A DNA stretch of 60,987 bases, the filler included, from Sphacelaria rigidula (taxonomy: Eukaryota), in assembly GCA_964200075.2 (NCBI GenBank). It is 3 parts of 3 records of this genome, joined end to end, with 100 filler letters (N's around TTAATTAATTAA, not from the genome) between each part and the next. Parts side by side here need not be neighbours in the genome. Positions count along the whole stretch, not along the records: positions 40,727 to 60,987 come from CAXNAA020000551.1; 2 more parts are not named here. The stretch is one strand, 5' to 3'. Below, one piece after another: positions 49,036 through 60,987 of the stretch. Position 1 is the stretch's first letter, and the number at the start of each line of letters is the position of its first letter. Both the position numbers and the translations under genes were made by a program. Below the pieces are notes generated by a model that saw only the letters and a list, made by a program, of their open reading frames with translations, did not search any database and was not told the origin of the DNA.

Positions 49036-49783
49036 CCAAACGAACGATGGTGTTATCAAGACTGCTCCCGATGTGCCACGCTTCTCCACCAGCGGAGGCA
49101 GCGGGCGTACGGGCGGTGGTAGCGGAGGTATTGTCAATCGGCGGGACGCAACCGTCGCGGCGGCAGGCGGCCAAACCCACTCATCACGACAACATCAACG
49201 GGGGCTGGTGCCCGCGGAGAATCCGACGTCGGAGAGCGTGTCCAGTAGTGAAGAGGACATGACGTGGGAGGACTTCCTTGCGACCACGGATGACCTCACC
49301 AACTCTTCCGGAGATGCGAGCGCCGGGGCTCCCGCTGTCCCGCCGCCCGCCGGCAGACGGCGTGGCAACGGCGGTACGTCGCTGGGTAGTTCTACAAAGA
49401 ACGCCGCTGCCACGCATTCCCGCCTCCCGCACTCCCTCGCACCCAACCAGTCACAGGTAACCCGCATTCCCGTATCTTCGGGAAGCGGGTTGTACCCGCG
49501 GGGGCCATCTGATGATTCGGCTGTGTCGGCCGGGGCAGCTGCCGCCGGCGTATTGTCTCGGTCCGGGGGGGCGCCGTCCGGGGGTGGAAGTGGGGTCGGG
49601 AGGAGCGGCGGTAGCCAGGGAGCGTTGTTGGCGTCGAGGGGCAAAGAAGCTGGCGCGGGTTATGGGAGTGGCTTCACGTCTTGGGGAAAGGGGGGGGGAA
49701 AGGACGCGGAGGCTGACGATCCGGAGAGCGCGGATAGTGTAGTGTCGGGCTATGATGGTTCGGTGGCGGGCGGGGGGGCTCAG
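49036..49783 (+). CDS. Host gene exon A (Gly/Ser-rich disordered protein); 5' boundary uncertain
   Basis: Within ORF 48908..49861; acceptor AAACAG|49036 (an alternative in-frame ATG lies at 48974); donor CAG|GTGCGC, phase 0. Confidence 0.7.
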
Positions 49784-50400
49784 GTGCGCCGTTTTTCTGA
49801 TGGCTGCCTGGATTTTCTTGTTCGCTGTTGCTTGTCGTGTTTTGCTGTTCATGATCGTTGACGATTTCTGCGTAGTTTTCCTTTTTGTTTATGACGGTTA
49901 CTGGGTGAGGATACGAATTGCACACAGCGCCCAAGAGTGGAATGACGTTGCAATGAGTGGTCTGGTTGATGTATCCGTGCATCGCTACCAACTCACTTTG
50001 TCAATTGGTCCGAGGCTATCGCAGTGTGCTTTTGGTAATACGGTTATGCCATACCTCCGGTACGAGCCGAAACACATTGCCAGTGGTGTCTGTTGCATTG
50101 ATTGTGTGGCAAGATGGAACCGTTTTTAGGCAACGATGCGGATGAGAGCAGCAGGCAGGTAAACCCTCCGCCGAAATATACTGAAAATATCACTCGCGAT
50201 AGAATAAAGTGACACAACGTCTTTATTTGAACTATTGGCATCCACGTTCAACCCCACCCTTTGAAGTTCGAACAAGGCGGGGTACGGCATGGGGTCGTTC
50301 GAAGTGCCCTATTTACACTAGAAATACACCGTAGGAAGTGTCGCAGAGAGCACCTGATGTCCTTATTTTTTTGTAGATGTACAAAAAATGCCATTCGTCA

Positions 50401-50882
50401 GGCCGCTCCTTATAACAGATAAGAATAAAAATCTGGAAAAGTGCCTTTTTGGAGCTTTTACGTCTTTTCACGCCCCAATAGAGAGCTAGGCGGAGTTTGA
50501 CACCTTGGAATGGAATGACTTGCTCTACTAGTTGAGGCGATTCCAGGACATCTTCCCGTTTCCGGTGACCGCAGTTTTTATTTTTGCCATACAAGATTTT
50601 TCGTTCTAAAACGGTAAAATAAGTCAAGTCCAGAGAAAAGTGGCGATTTCTTCTAGATTTGACTGTTTTTCACCGTTCTTGGATAAAAATTCTTGTTTGG
50701 CCGAAATAAAAACTGCGGCAACCGGAAAACGGGAAGATGTCCTGGAATCGCCTCAACTAGTACAGCAAGTCATTCCAAGTGGTCAAACTCCGCCTAGCTC
50801 TCTTTTGGGGCGTAAAACGACGTAAAAGCTTCAAAAAGACAATTTTCCGGATTTTGATCTTTGTCTGTTATAACGAGCGGCC
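50401..50882. mobile_element. Intronic foldback MITE, PIF/Harbinger (Tourist)-like, 482 bp
   Basis: GGCCGCTC.TTATAACAGA termini; ~235-bp arms around a short loop; flanks TCA / TAA (imperfect 3-bp TNA TSD). Confidence 0.88.
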
Positions 50883-51254
50883 TAATAAATCTCCCATCCA
50901 CCAGGTTGCATTTTTCCCAAATTGAATGTTTTGGGCGAAAGTAGCGGATGCTGTGTCCACACAAGCTCAAGATGAAATCTTGGTTGTCACTCGAATGAGG
51001 TGAACTCACCACGAGCTTGGAAGTTATTCGACGACCATGTATCACTCACTGAGCTTGCCATCCTGCCATGCGTCTCTGTGGTCAGGGTCAGAGTGAGGGT
51101 TGGATGCTGAGCACCTCATGCCCCAGCGTTTTTTCAGATGACTCGTTCTGCGTTCTGTTTTCAGCCGAGTTTTCGTGTCTCGTGTATCGTCTCTCACCGG
51201 CACGGTCTTCGTGTGCTTTTGATCCTCAAACATTAGGCTTTGACGTGGGGACAG

Positions 51255-51368
51255 TTCGTCGTTCAGCATAAGGAGGTGAAGGCTCCGGGGAATTCGATCA
51301 GAGTCCCGAAGGCGGTGGATCCACCTCGAAAGGCGTCGGCGGACTCGGATGACTTCGATGACGATGAG
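51255..51368 (+). CDS. Host gene exon B
   Basis: GACAG|TTC (phase 0) ... GATGAG|GTAGGA (phase 0); FVVQHKEVKAPGNSIRVPKAVDPPRKASADSDDFDDDE. Confidence 0.7.
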
Positions 51369-51747
51369 GTAGGAAAGCACGCAAAACGACTGGCGCCCCC
51401 CCCCCCCCTTTACCTCCCCGCGGCTTGACCGGTTTTTGCGGGGGCCCCCCCCTGAACCACCTCGAAAGGGGGGGGGGGACCTGGATGACTTTGAAGACGG
51501 TGGGGGAGGAAAGCCCCCAAAACGACGGGCGCCCCCCCCCCCCCCTGTAACTCACCGCGGCATGACAGCATTATGCGGGGACCCCGCACTGAACCGGCAT
51601 AATGCAGTTGCTTGATATTAGTATAGCGGATCGCACAGTGGTGGGACCCCCACTATTCTATTGATATTATCATGATACGTCAGGTATTCTTGGGTACGGT
51701 ACTGTACCCTGAAAAACTTCACACGTCACGCACCCACCCGAAACTAG

Positions 51748-52442
51748 GATGACGACATCGACGACATCATGTCTACCTTCGGACCGGTCTCGCTCCGGCC
51801 AGACCAAGACGATATCCTCTTCTCCCACAAAGAGGAGGAGCTCCTTCTTATGATGGACCGCAGCAGCGAACTTGGAAGAGGCCGGGGGCCTGGGATAGAC
51901 GTTGTTGCCGTAGCAGCAAAGGTGGGAGCCGGCAGAGGGATTAACGCTAAGCTCGCCGATGAATCCACGGCCGTCGGTGGGGCGTTTTTCGGGAGCGGCG
52001 ACGCTAACGGTGGAAAGATCCCCGGTGGAATTCGAGGCGGCAACGGCAATCGCGGGACCAAAGTTACCGGTGGGGCTAACGGCAGCTCGCGAATACCTCC
52101 GCCCCCGTCGGCGGGATTGCACAAGCATCCGGCAGGCCTCGAACCGTTTTCGGCGGCCCCACCCGCGTACTCGGCTGCACATCGTCAACATCCACCGTCA
52201 GACTCGTTGCCGCCGCCACCGCCGCCGCCGATGCCGATGCCGACGCCGATGCTAAATGGGGGTAGTGCTGGTCATTCCGCAACGGGGGGGCGGTTGTCGA
52301 CGGCACGGGGCACGGGTCGCGGCTCCCGTCGGCCGAAGGAGGGATTGCAAGCTGGGGCGGACGACTTGTCGAACCAACACGCAGCTGCCGGTGTGCCGTC
52401 GCAATCGGGTCAGCAGGGGAACCAGCAGCCGACGCGTCGAAG
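51748..52442 (+). CDS. Host gene exon C
   Basis: ACTAG|GAT phase 0, in frame with ORF 51769..52446; donor AG|GTGAAA, phase 2. Confidence 0.78.
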
Positions 52443-53163
52443 GTGAAAATTTTGGTATCGGGAGGGTAGGAGTGTTACTTGATGGATGGAGGGTATATAT
52501 GATGGCAAACCCCAAATACGTATTTCAAACGTGAAATTCTGACGACGGTTGAGCACTGGCTGTGACGGTTTGAAAAAAAGTGCGGAAAGCGGGAGGAGGA
52601 GACGGGAGACTAGATGTAGGCAGCATCAAGGAGCAGCAGTATTTGCTCCTTCCTTGCTTCGAAACACGCATTTTCACCAACTTCTTAGTGCGCATGTTGG
52701 CATGACCTACCACCACGAGGCGTTGAGGATCTCAATTTTACTTTGCTTCACGCAAGGGACATTATTCAACCCCCTCCCCCAAGCATGTGGTCTTGTTTCT
52801 CGTGTTTTCGAGTTTTGGTCTATCCAGTTCTGATTTGTCGCTACGCGTGTTCTCATGACAAGCACACAAGAAGACGTTCGGGGGAGAACAGAAAAAAAAA
52901 AAGTTGGCCAGTGTTGTTGTGCGCTCAGAGTGGCCGATGACCATGTTGGGGTACTCCCCTCCATCCGTCGGATATCGATATACAGAGCGTGCACTAATTA
53001 CAAGTTGGCGGCATCTATCGCGTAGAATAGTACTCTCGGTGAAATTGTACCAATCCTAGGACCCTGTGCCTGCTCCCCAGGGTGCACACGCGCGAATCTG
53101 GTCCGTTTGTTCTCATGACACTGCATTGCTCTACACGATACGATGCAATGATACTCCAAACAG

Positions 53164-53452
53164 GCGTGCGATGTCTTCTGAGTCCATTAAAGTAACGGAC
53201 GACGAGGCAAGGGCGGTTCGACTGGGGAGAATTATGAATGACGATTCAGGTCGGATGGCACCGGCAAGCGACCGCGAGCGGCCGAGGGTCTCTCAGACGG
53301 AGTTGCGGCGGACGGAGGTGCGCCAAAAAGAGGCGGAAAAGCAAGCGGCGGGCAATCGCACGACCTCGATACAGCACGCCTCTAGTGGATCCGACCAAGT
53401 CGCAGTACCCACGTCGGCCCCTCCACCTCCACCGTACCCGGGGATTGAAGAG
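53164..53452 (+). CDS. Host gene exon D
   Basis: AAACAG|G phase 2 completes AGG from exon C; frame of ORF 53066..53566; donor GAG|GTGAGG, phase 0. Confidence 0.78.
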
Positions 53453-53799
53453 GTGAGGGTTTCGCTTGCGGTTATATGCTGGCTGCGCTTGCATGTGTTT
53501 ATTTTGTGGAGTGTGGTGTCACATTCTCCTACGATGATAGGTGCGGTGCTTTGGTCCCTCTTGTGATATGTGAGCGGGCTTTGGCACTGGAATTTGAGAT
53601 TTGCAGTAGAGCTTGCGCATTATTGGTCGCAAGCACTATTTGATACTTGGTTTTGGCGTGAACACCAATATTCGGGTCTTCAGAGAGGCTGATAGTCGTA
53701 AGTGCACCTAGCTTTGCCCAGAACGCGTTTTCATCCAAATCGGCGCTGCATGCGTAGATATGAGGTCTGCCAACACACACTTTGCCTAGACCAATCTTT

Positions 53800-54059
53800 C
53801 ACACGTCGGACACATCATGATTCGTCGGAAAACTCCTTTTTAGTATACAGATCCCGATCATGATCCGGATTGTTCGACTCCCCTTGTCCATGTTTGCTTC
53901 TTACAGCGCCGGACGCTAAGCACGCCGAGTAGTGCAAAGGTTGCGCCTCGCCTGGCTTTTCTGACTCCGCGTTCACATTTTTTGTGTTTTTGGAACAACG
54001 GACTCGAGAGTCTTCTTTGATTTGTTGTTTTAGACGGATCATGATCTGTACGACTTGTG
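53800..54059. mobile_element. Intronic MITE related to 33248-33843
   Basis: CACACGTCGGACACATCATG ... CATGATCTGTACGACTTGTG (imperfect TIR). Confidence 0.65.
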
Positions 54060-54309
54060 CAACCTTTCACCCCCCTTGACCGGTTCGGCTCTCGTATGCC
54101 TTGGTCGAGGTTAGTAATGGCTAACAAAGCATTCTCGAGAATTTATGATTTTGAACGCTTCGGCTACTTCTCATGTTTAAAAAATAGTACAATAAAAGCC
54201 GTTTTCTGATAACAGGCCAAATACCACTTCTTACAGGCTGGTTCACGCAAAATACCCAGAATTCTGTCATGAGTAAATGCCTTCCACAATACGCACCCAA
54301 CAGTGGCGT

Positions 54310-55660
54310 ACATGGTACCGTACTGACCACAATGAACAGACGAAAGGGTGACGTGGCCAGATTTTTGTTCAAGGCTATAGCGGTGGCGCTATGGACATAA
54401 ATATGTCTCGACCAATCAGCGCCTTTCAAAATTTTTCTGAAATCTAAAGCACGAATTCCAAGCTCAATTTCCAACGAATCTCCACATGCTTCAAATCGTG
54501 GTAACCATCATCAGCTCGGAAACCTAACGGGAGAAATTGGTTTGTGAACGGCTCCAACGGGGTCGAATTATGCTCGAAACCGTGATGTTTGGGTGATACG
54601 GAGTTTCGGCGTCGTCTAATTTCCACTCATGATACGCAGGAAAGACTTAAGGAGCCTCGTGACGATTTCCCTTATATCTGTTGTAGAAAAGCTCAGATCA
54701 TCCTCAAGCTTGGCAGTTCCGTAGGCGGTGATGCTTCAAATGGAAAAATGGTATCCTTGGCAAAATTTCGAGGTTTCTTCGTTCTGTACCGGCTTCCAGG
54801 GGTTCCAGTTTAAAGACCCCCGGAAGGCGGTACAAAACGCCTCCAAGGAAAAATAATAACATGATGCGTCCCGGGAAAATTCAAGGAGCGTACGTACAAA
54901 GTTTGGTTGAGGAACTCGGAAATCTCACATAGTTTTTGTTGCCTTGACGTAAAATACACCCCAGAAAACGCTTTCATAATAAAACCAAGTAATCAAGACT
55001 TTGCACGTGTAAAGCTCACGTCCTCGTACGAACGAGCACACCTTCACGCTTTTAAGAGGAGTTAGATCCCGAAACCTTGCACAAATGCGCTATGGGTCAT
55101 CACGCAAGTTTCGATCTACGAGGTTTTTCTACTTCTTGCCTTTTTTACCGTTTTTCTGGATCCAACGGGATCCAAGTTGTTTCTTCGAAGTCGTCTCCAT
55201 TCTGGGACTCCGAAAAAACGGCACTACGATTTTGTTTTCTTCATTTTTTCGCATACTCCGTGTCGCCGCAACTCCCAAGGAAGGGCGCCACGAAGTTTCG
55301 TGGCCAAACTCGATTAACTGATGCTTGAATTTTCAAGTTCACGTCAAAGAAGGCCAACGGACGCCATTTTCATACCTAAATCTAGTAGTTTGGTACTTCA
55401 CGCCGTTTTGAGGAGTTTGACCCTGAATTTTTGCACAAATGGGCTATGAGAAATTACGCAACCTTGGATGAACGCGTTTTTTTTTCAGTTTTTTTTTCTT
55501 GGTCGTTTTACGGGGGTCTGACTGGATCGAGGTTTCCCCGAAAAAACTGGGGCCTCCAAAAAACGGTGAATGAAGTAAAACAAAGTGAAATAAAAACTCG
55601 ACCTTCGAAAGTTGCATAATGACCCATAAAACATTTGTGCAAAATTTCAGTGTCCAACTC
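54310..55660 (-). mobile_element. Intronic non-autonomous element: inverted copy of 27775-28272 plus internal direct and inverted subrepeats
   Basis: See 27775-28272. TTGCACAAATG.GCTATG at about 55077 and 55431, with an inverted copy CATAA..CATTTGTGCAA at about 55625. Confidence 0.75.
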
Positions 55661-56890
55661 CTTGGAACGGCATGAAGTTTTGCCGATGAGTGTTTGGGGA
55701 TCTTTTCCGTGAAGCAGCCTGTATGCGATCAGAAGACGCATTTTTTATGGAAACAAATCTGATAACATTTTCGGGTACCCCAAAGTCATCAGAAAATCGT
55801 GAGGTTTTCTGATAATCTTAGACTATCCGAGAAATGTATTGTAGAAGCGTTTCAAATCCCACCGCATGCCAACACACCCTACAGCCCACGACAGCACTCA
55901 TGATGGCTTGGCTGTCATCATTACTGCTGGTGCTGGTGCTGGTGCTCGCGGGTAGTCAGCGTGTATTCCTCCGCTCGCCAGTAGCGTGGTGGCCCTTTAC
56001 CCCATGAGAACAGCACAGGTCGATGACGAGTGCTGCATAGACAGTCTGTATGTAGTCCGTACAATATTGTAGCTCAGTTCAGGTCTGTGCATGCAGCGTT
56101 TTGCGAATGGCAGTCGCAATGCAGTACAGACTGCCCACAGATCCAACCGTTGTAGAGACAGGACCGTACTGACTATACACACAAGACTATCAAGTAGTGC
56201 TACTACTGTACAGTAGTACTACAGTCAATGTACACAATACAGCATTGCCTGTACTGTTGTCCGTACAGTCAAGTACTACCGTGCAGCGAAAAAGCACAAG
56301 CGTTAGTTCTACAGTTAGTTAGTACAGCAAGGCGGTGTTCTCGTTGATCGTCTTGCATCACGCAACCTACCATGTATTTCTCAGTCAATGTTTACAGTAG
56401 TACAGACAGACAGTACGGACCGTACACCACGACACGACAGCAGAGCGCTATCCCTCTCGCGCGCACCCCAGGATTTGAAACTATGCCCACACTCATCACG
56501 CCTTGTAGAAAACGATGAACACTGTTTTTCCAATTTTGATAGCGTCAATCACGTACGAAGGGTTACTTGAGAAAAACTTTTTGTTCATCACGGCTTTTTT
56601 TTCACATGAGGAGTAGCCTTACGCTAAAGCTCACGCTGTCAGAAAAACAGCGGCGTACCGCAGTATGAACAGCGGTGACGCGGGGAGAGACATGTAGAAA
56701 AGGGGCAGATTCGCTTGTACCAACGCGACGCGTGTTGGACGCTTGCTAACCCTGCTCGAGACATCGATCGTCAGGAACCCTCTTCTCTCGTGCAGTCCGC
56801 ACAAGGGTGCTGTGACATCAAGTTGACATGATCTCATGTGGCTAAAAATCGTCTCGTCGTTACTTTTCCCGTTCTGTTCGTGCTCCTCAG

Positions 56891-57112
56891 CCGTCATCGT
56901 TCAAGGGAGGACCGAAGAATGCATTACAGCATAGGTCGGAGGGGGAGCACACCATATCCCCCACGCCGGGATCTACGGGTCAAAAGCTCACCGCGAACGC
57001 ACTGAAAATGCTCGCACCTGCATCGCGTTCGCCCGCCGTCGTCACCGTTCAGACTCGGAAAAGCCACGATCCTGGTACCGCACCAAAGATGAGCCAGGTG
57101 CTCTGGGGCCAG
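56891..57112 (+). CDS. Host gene exon E (absent from the ORF track)
   Basis: Pyrimidine tract TTCTGTTCGTGCTCCTCAG|CCG; 74 open codons PSSFKGGPKNALQ...MSQVLWGQ; donor CAG|GTATGC; phase 0/0. Confidence 0.65.
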
Positions 57113-57474
57113 GTATGCAGAGCACGTCTTTGTTGATGATTTTTTTCTTCGGCCCGGCGCAACTTTTTCCCTATGTTGAACCATCTCTCGCCGGTTCGGA
57201 CGCCGCTGTGAATTTTCGATTGTTGGTAGGGCGGGTACCGCGTCTTTTGTCCAGAGACGCCGTCCTCTGAACCGTGCTTTTGTTGGGTCACTGTTTCCCC
57301 GACGACTCTTCTATGCTGTGGCCAGCTAAACGCATACTTATCACTCCGCTCCCCTACCCGTTTCACTAGTAGAGGTGTAATTGTGGCTTAGAGTCGATCC
57401 TGTAACTCCCTATTTCCCCCCTCTACTCTCCTGTGAAACTCGTGCACCCCGCTAACGGGATTTGACCACACCAG

Positions 57475-60120
57475 AGGAGTAGGACTCGCGACACTCTTCA
57501 CAGCTTGATAGAGCACGCCCCGCTGAAGTCGAACTCGTCGAACGAGGGATCGCACGTCGAGTTAGGGAATAGAGAGCGCAGCGCCACGGAGGACAGCCAA
57601 GTCCGTCCGACTCGCCGGAGGACAGGGTCGAGTGGCGACATCGACCTTCCGCATGGACTGGATGAAAGCAGAGGGGGCGGGGGAGGTGACGGACCAGCAC
57701 TAACGTTCGGGGGCAATGCGGTCGCGGCGCTTCGGTCGGCAATGCTGCCTCGGCACGACTCAGCGGGGCCGCGGGACACCGCCGGAAGTAGCGTAACTAA
57801 CTCGTCCCGCGTGTTTCGTACCGTATCGACGGCGTCTTCGCCGCGGATAAATCCAGACACGGTTGACGCGGCGGCGGTGCAATCGTTCGACAAGCGACCC
57901 ACTTCGACGGTGGAGCATCTGCATGCGAAGGCGGGGGCTATGGCACGACGATTGAATTTGGGGGGGGGCAGCGGCGGGCGAGGCTCGTCGGCAACTGTCG
58001 ATATGAGTCTGCGTGCGGCCAGGTCAGCCCAAGCCGCACAAGTAACCCTCAATAAGCTCGAGGAAAAAAAACGGAAGGCGGGGGGGGGAGGGGGGGAGGG
58101 GGACGGGAAGGGCAGCTTTGGCATGCAGCGTGACAGGACGGACGAGCGCACCAAGCAGCATCACCGGTTTGCCGATGCGCGTGCGCATGGTAAAGCGAGA
58201 GCTCGGACGGACGTGAAGGGGCAGACTGAAGTGAAGGGAAAAGTCGTTACTAAAGGGAACGCCGAAGGGGCTTCCTTTGCGGATGCAAGACAAGAAACTA
58301 CGCCACCGCCGCCGCCGCCGCCGCCACCCCCGGTAGTGGCCGCCCCAGCAGTCGACAGCACGATCTCGGACAAACCGGCAACGTCGAGGGTATCTGCGGC
58401 GGAGCAGTCCGAAGAACTGGTGCAGGGGTCGAGGGATGGAAGGGCAAAGGGTACGGCTGTGGCGAAAAGCGCGACTGTGGTGGCGCAAGCAGCAACAGAA
58501 GCAAAAGCCCGCGCGGTTGCCGGAGCCAAATCTGCGGCAGCTGCACAAGCACGGCGGCAAAAGGCGGAAGAGGACGCGGCGGCGGCGGAAAAACGGAGAC
58601 AGAAGCTGGCCGCGGTGCATGCAGCGGAGGAGCGACGGCGCACGCTCGGGGAGGGCGACCGGGAGCGGGAGCGGGCGCGATTGCTCAAAAGAACAGAGAC
58701 GGACGCTGCAAAGAAGGCGCGAGACCTTAAAGATAGAATGAGGATGGAATGGAGGCCCAAGGTGGTCACCTCTAATGCCGCCACCGCCGCCACCGCTTCA
58801 CCTGTGTTGGCGACTGGGAAGCAGGAGGAGCGAGTGGCATGCATGGACAAGGAGCAGCGGGATATGAAGGCTGCGGGGGCAGGAGCGGGGGCCGCGGTGC
58901 CCGACAAAAAACAGCAGAATGGGTTTGCCAAAAAGGGGAACAAGGGGAGGCAGCAACCACCGTCATCGGTGTCGTCGCCCTCGGGAATATGGGGTGCACC
59001 CACTGCCCCTCCAGAGTCCAGTACGGCGACGCAACAGTCTGCGGATTCATCGTCTGGCCGAAGCGTTCCTACTATCAACAAGGCGAGAGAGTCCGTCCAA
59101 CAATCTTCCTCCGGCCGCAGCGCCTCTAGTACTGCCAGCAAGGTCAGAGAAGCGGCGGGACCATATCTCTCTAGCCGCGACGCCTCCAGTACCGCCAACA
59201 AATCCAGAGAGTCAGTGGAAGCATCCTCCTCTTTCCGGAGCGCCCCTAGCAGTACTACCAGCAACAAAGCCAGAGAGCCCGTGGATCTTTCATCCTCTGG
59301 TCGCAATATTCCTGGCGTCAGGAAGGCTCACGCGCGTACGGCGGCACCGCCAATGGAACCGTCTGCGGCTACTGGAAGCGTGCCCGCTCCTACAAAAGCG
59401 GGCTCGAGTAACGCAGCGGCACCGGGCACCGGCTCCGCGGCAGGCAGTAACGGTATCGCCTCCAGTGTGACGAAGCGGCCGCTTGGTGGTTCGGTTTCCA
59501 AGCAGAGACAGTCGTATACCCCTCCCAAGAAGACCTCCGGCGTGGATGCTGTAAATAGGCCGCCCCCACCAAGCTACACCCCGCCGCAGCCAACTTCTGC
59601 GGCGCAGAAGAAGTCCTTGAAGTGCACCGCTGCTGATCCGATGATGTCTACTATTCCGACAACACCGGTGGGATCGGGGCCGACAGACGAAGACAGCACC
59701 GCCGCCACAACGACGGCGGCAGTGGTTACCAACAGCTTCACTACCGCTGCCACCACCACCACCAAATTGACGGATAAAGACCAGCCTCCAGACATCGACA
59801 TCCCGTACGCGTCCGTGGTGTCAGCGGACACCGACGTAGCGATGACCCTGGACGCCGCGCCCACCCCGTTGTCGCAGCACGAGCGCGACGAGAACGTGCT
59901 GCGCGCACACCTAGCCTCTTGGCGGTTCTGTTTCCATGAGGCGGCGGCTCTGCTTACCCCCGTGCTCGGCGTGGGAAACGTGGAGACTCCCAATGGAGGC
60001 GTGTGTGAAACAGTGGGGCGGGAGGTCAAAGTTGACTTGGGCACGGCCAGTACCGGCCCGGGTCTTGCAGCGACAGGGTTTTTGGTGGCACCCTCGGAGG
60101 AAATCGATCTTCAGTCCGAG
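57475..60120 (+). CDS. Host gene exon F (882 codons; disordered, coiled coil, Ser-rich repeats); gene may continue beyond the window
   Basis: Branch-like GCTAAC at 57451; acceptor CACCAG|AGG phase 0, in frame with ORF 57505..60207; candidate donor GAG|GTGAAT. Confidence 0.82.
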
Positions 60121-60987
60121 GTGAATACTGGATTAACAAGCAGGGAAGCAAAACCCTTGATCGTCTTTTTTATGTATATTATGAGATTTTCAAGTCGCTC
60201 CCGCTAGTGTTTGGTTGGCGAAACTGCAACGTGAGGTGGTACGAAGGCGGGGTTTTCAATGTCTTACATTACCATTTTTCAGAGGGTAGTATGTGGGTTC
60301 CCTCTTCGTGCCCAGGATATAATACTGGTAGCTGTGCAACCGTGAAAAATGCCGAGGTCTCCATCCGATGTAATATTCCCCCCGGGTCGAGGTTGCGTCC
60401 TTACGTTGTCTTCGGGCCTTATGCAATATTCAAAATTGCCGGCAGGTGACGATTGTTGCCATCGGCGAGAAGGGCAAGTTTACTGTTCATGTTGATGATC
60501 TTAATTCACCGGCTTCGATATGGACGTGACGGTATTTAATCTACCCCTCTTTCGAACCGATACGCGACTTGGTGTATACGACGTCGTACCTAGTGGAGAA
60601 CATATGACCCAGTTTACGACGCTTTTTTTTTTACATTCATGGTATTGTCGGAACGTTGCGGCGGTTGCGCCGCCGAATGATATCGAAAAGATCGCGGAAA
60701 GATATTAGGATAAGCGGGATCTTTCAGCGGCGCAGAGTCTCGCTCGCAGAGAAAATTTAAGGTGAAAAAAACAGACATCAGGGAATGATAACCCCGTATA
60801 GCTTGTGCGGTATTCTCTTCACACGAGAAAAAATTTCGATGGAAGTCAACGAGCTGCGGGAGTGCTGATCCGATGTGGTATAATGAGGTGCAAGGAAGGT
60901 GAAGTGGGGGGGGGGGGGGGGGGGGGAGACCGGGGGGGAAAAAAAAGGAGCAGGGGGGGGGACGGAGGCGGGTTAGGAGAGAGAAGA

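Noticed and set aside
53907-53939. 33-nt in-frame micro-exon (RRTLSTPSSAK)
   Set aside because: It lies inside a MITE, has a weak donor (GTTGCG) and is not needed for phase continuity.
58161-59306. 381-aa minus-strand ORF and the many other short ORFs opposite real coding regions
   Set aside because: These are antisense shadows of GC-rich coding sequence with no independent domain evidence.

Overview
Repeat-rich eukaryotic genomic DNA. The intron style, repeat families and GC-rich low-complexity exons suggest a brown alga (Phaeophyceae); this is an inference. The window joins three contigs through two artificial 100-nt spacers (N44-TTAATTAATTAA-N44 at 20264-20363 and 40627-40726). The dominant feature is a 14-kb minus-strand Ty3/Gypsy LTR retrotransposon (2459-16466) with a degraded gag (CCHC knuckle), protease, RT, RNase H and integrase. 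The element is unusual in three ways. (i) Its integrase ends in a chromodomain followed, past one in-frame stop, by a second PWWP/Tudor-like reader domain that the ORF track misses. (ii) About 900 codons of extra coding sequence with 63-bp (21-aa) tandem repeats lie upstream of gag. (iii) Its two LTRs are strongly diverged and have no TSD, which suggests a recombinant chimera. The middle of the window holds decayed transposons: several MITE/foldback families, tRNA-headed SINE-like elements, LINE fragments, a probable Mutator transposase relic, and a pseudogene disrupted by a TIR element with no TSD. From about 49.0 to 60.1 kb there is a plus-strand host gene with at least six phase-compatible exons encoding roughly 1,570 aa of mostly disordered protein. 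No rRNA, intact tRNA or CRISPR array was found.
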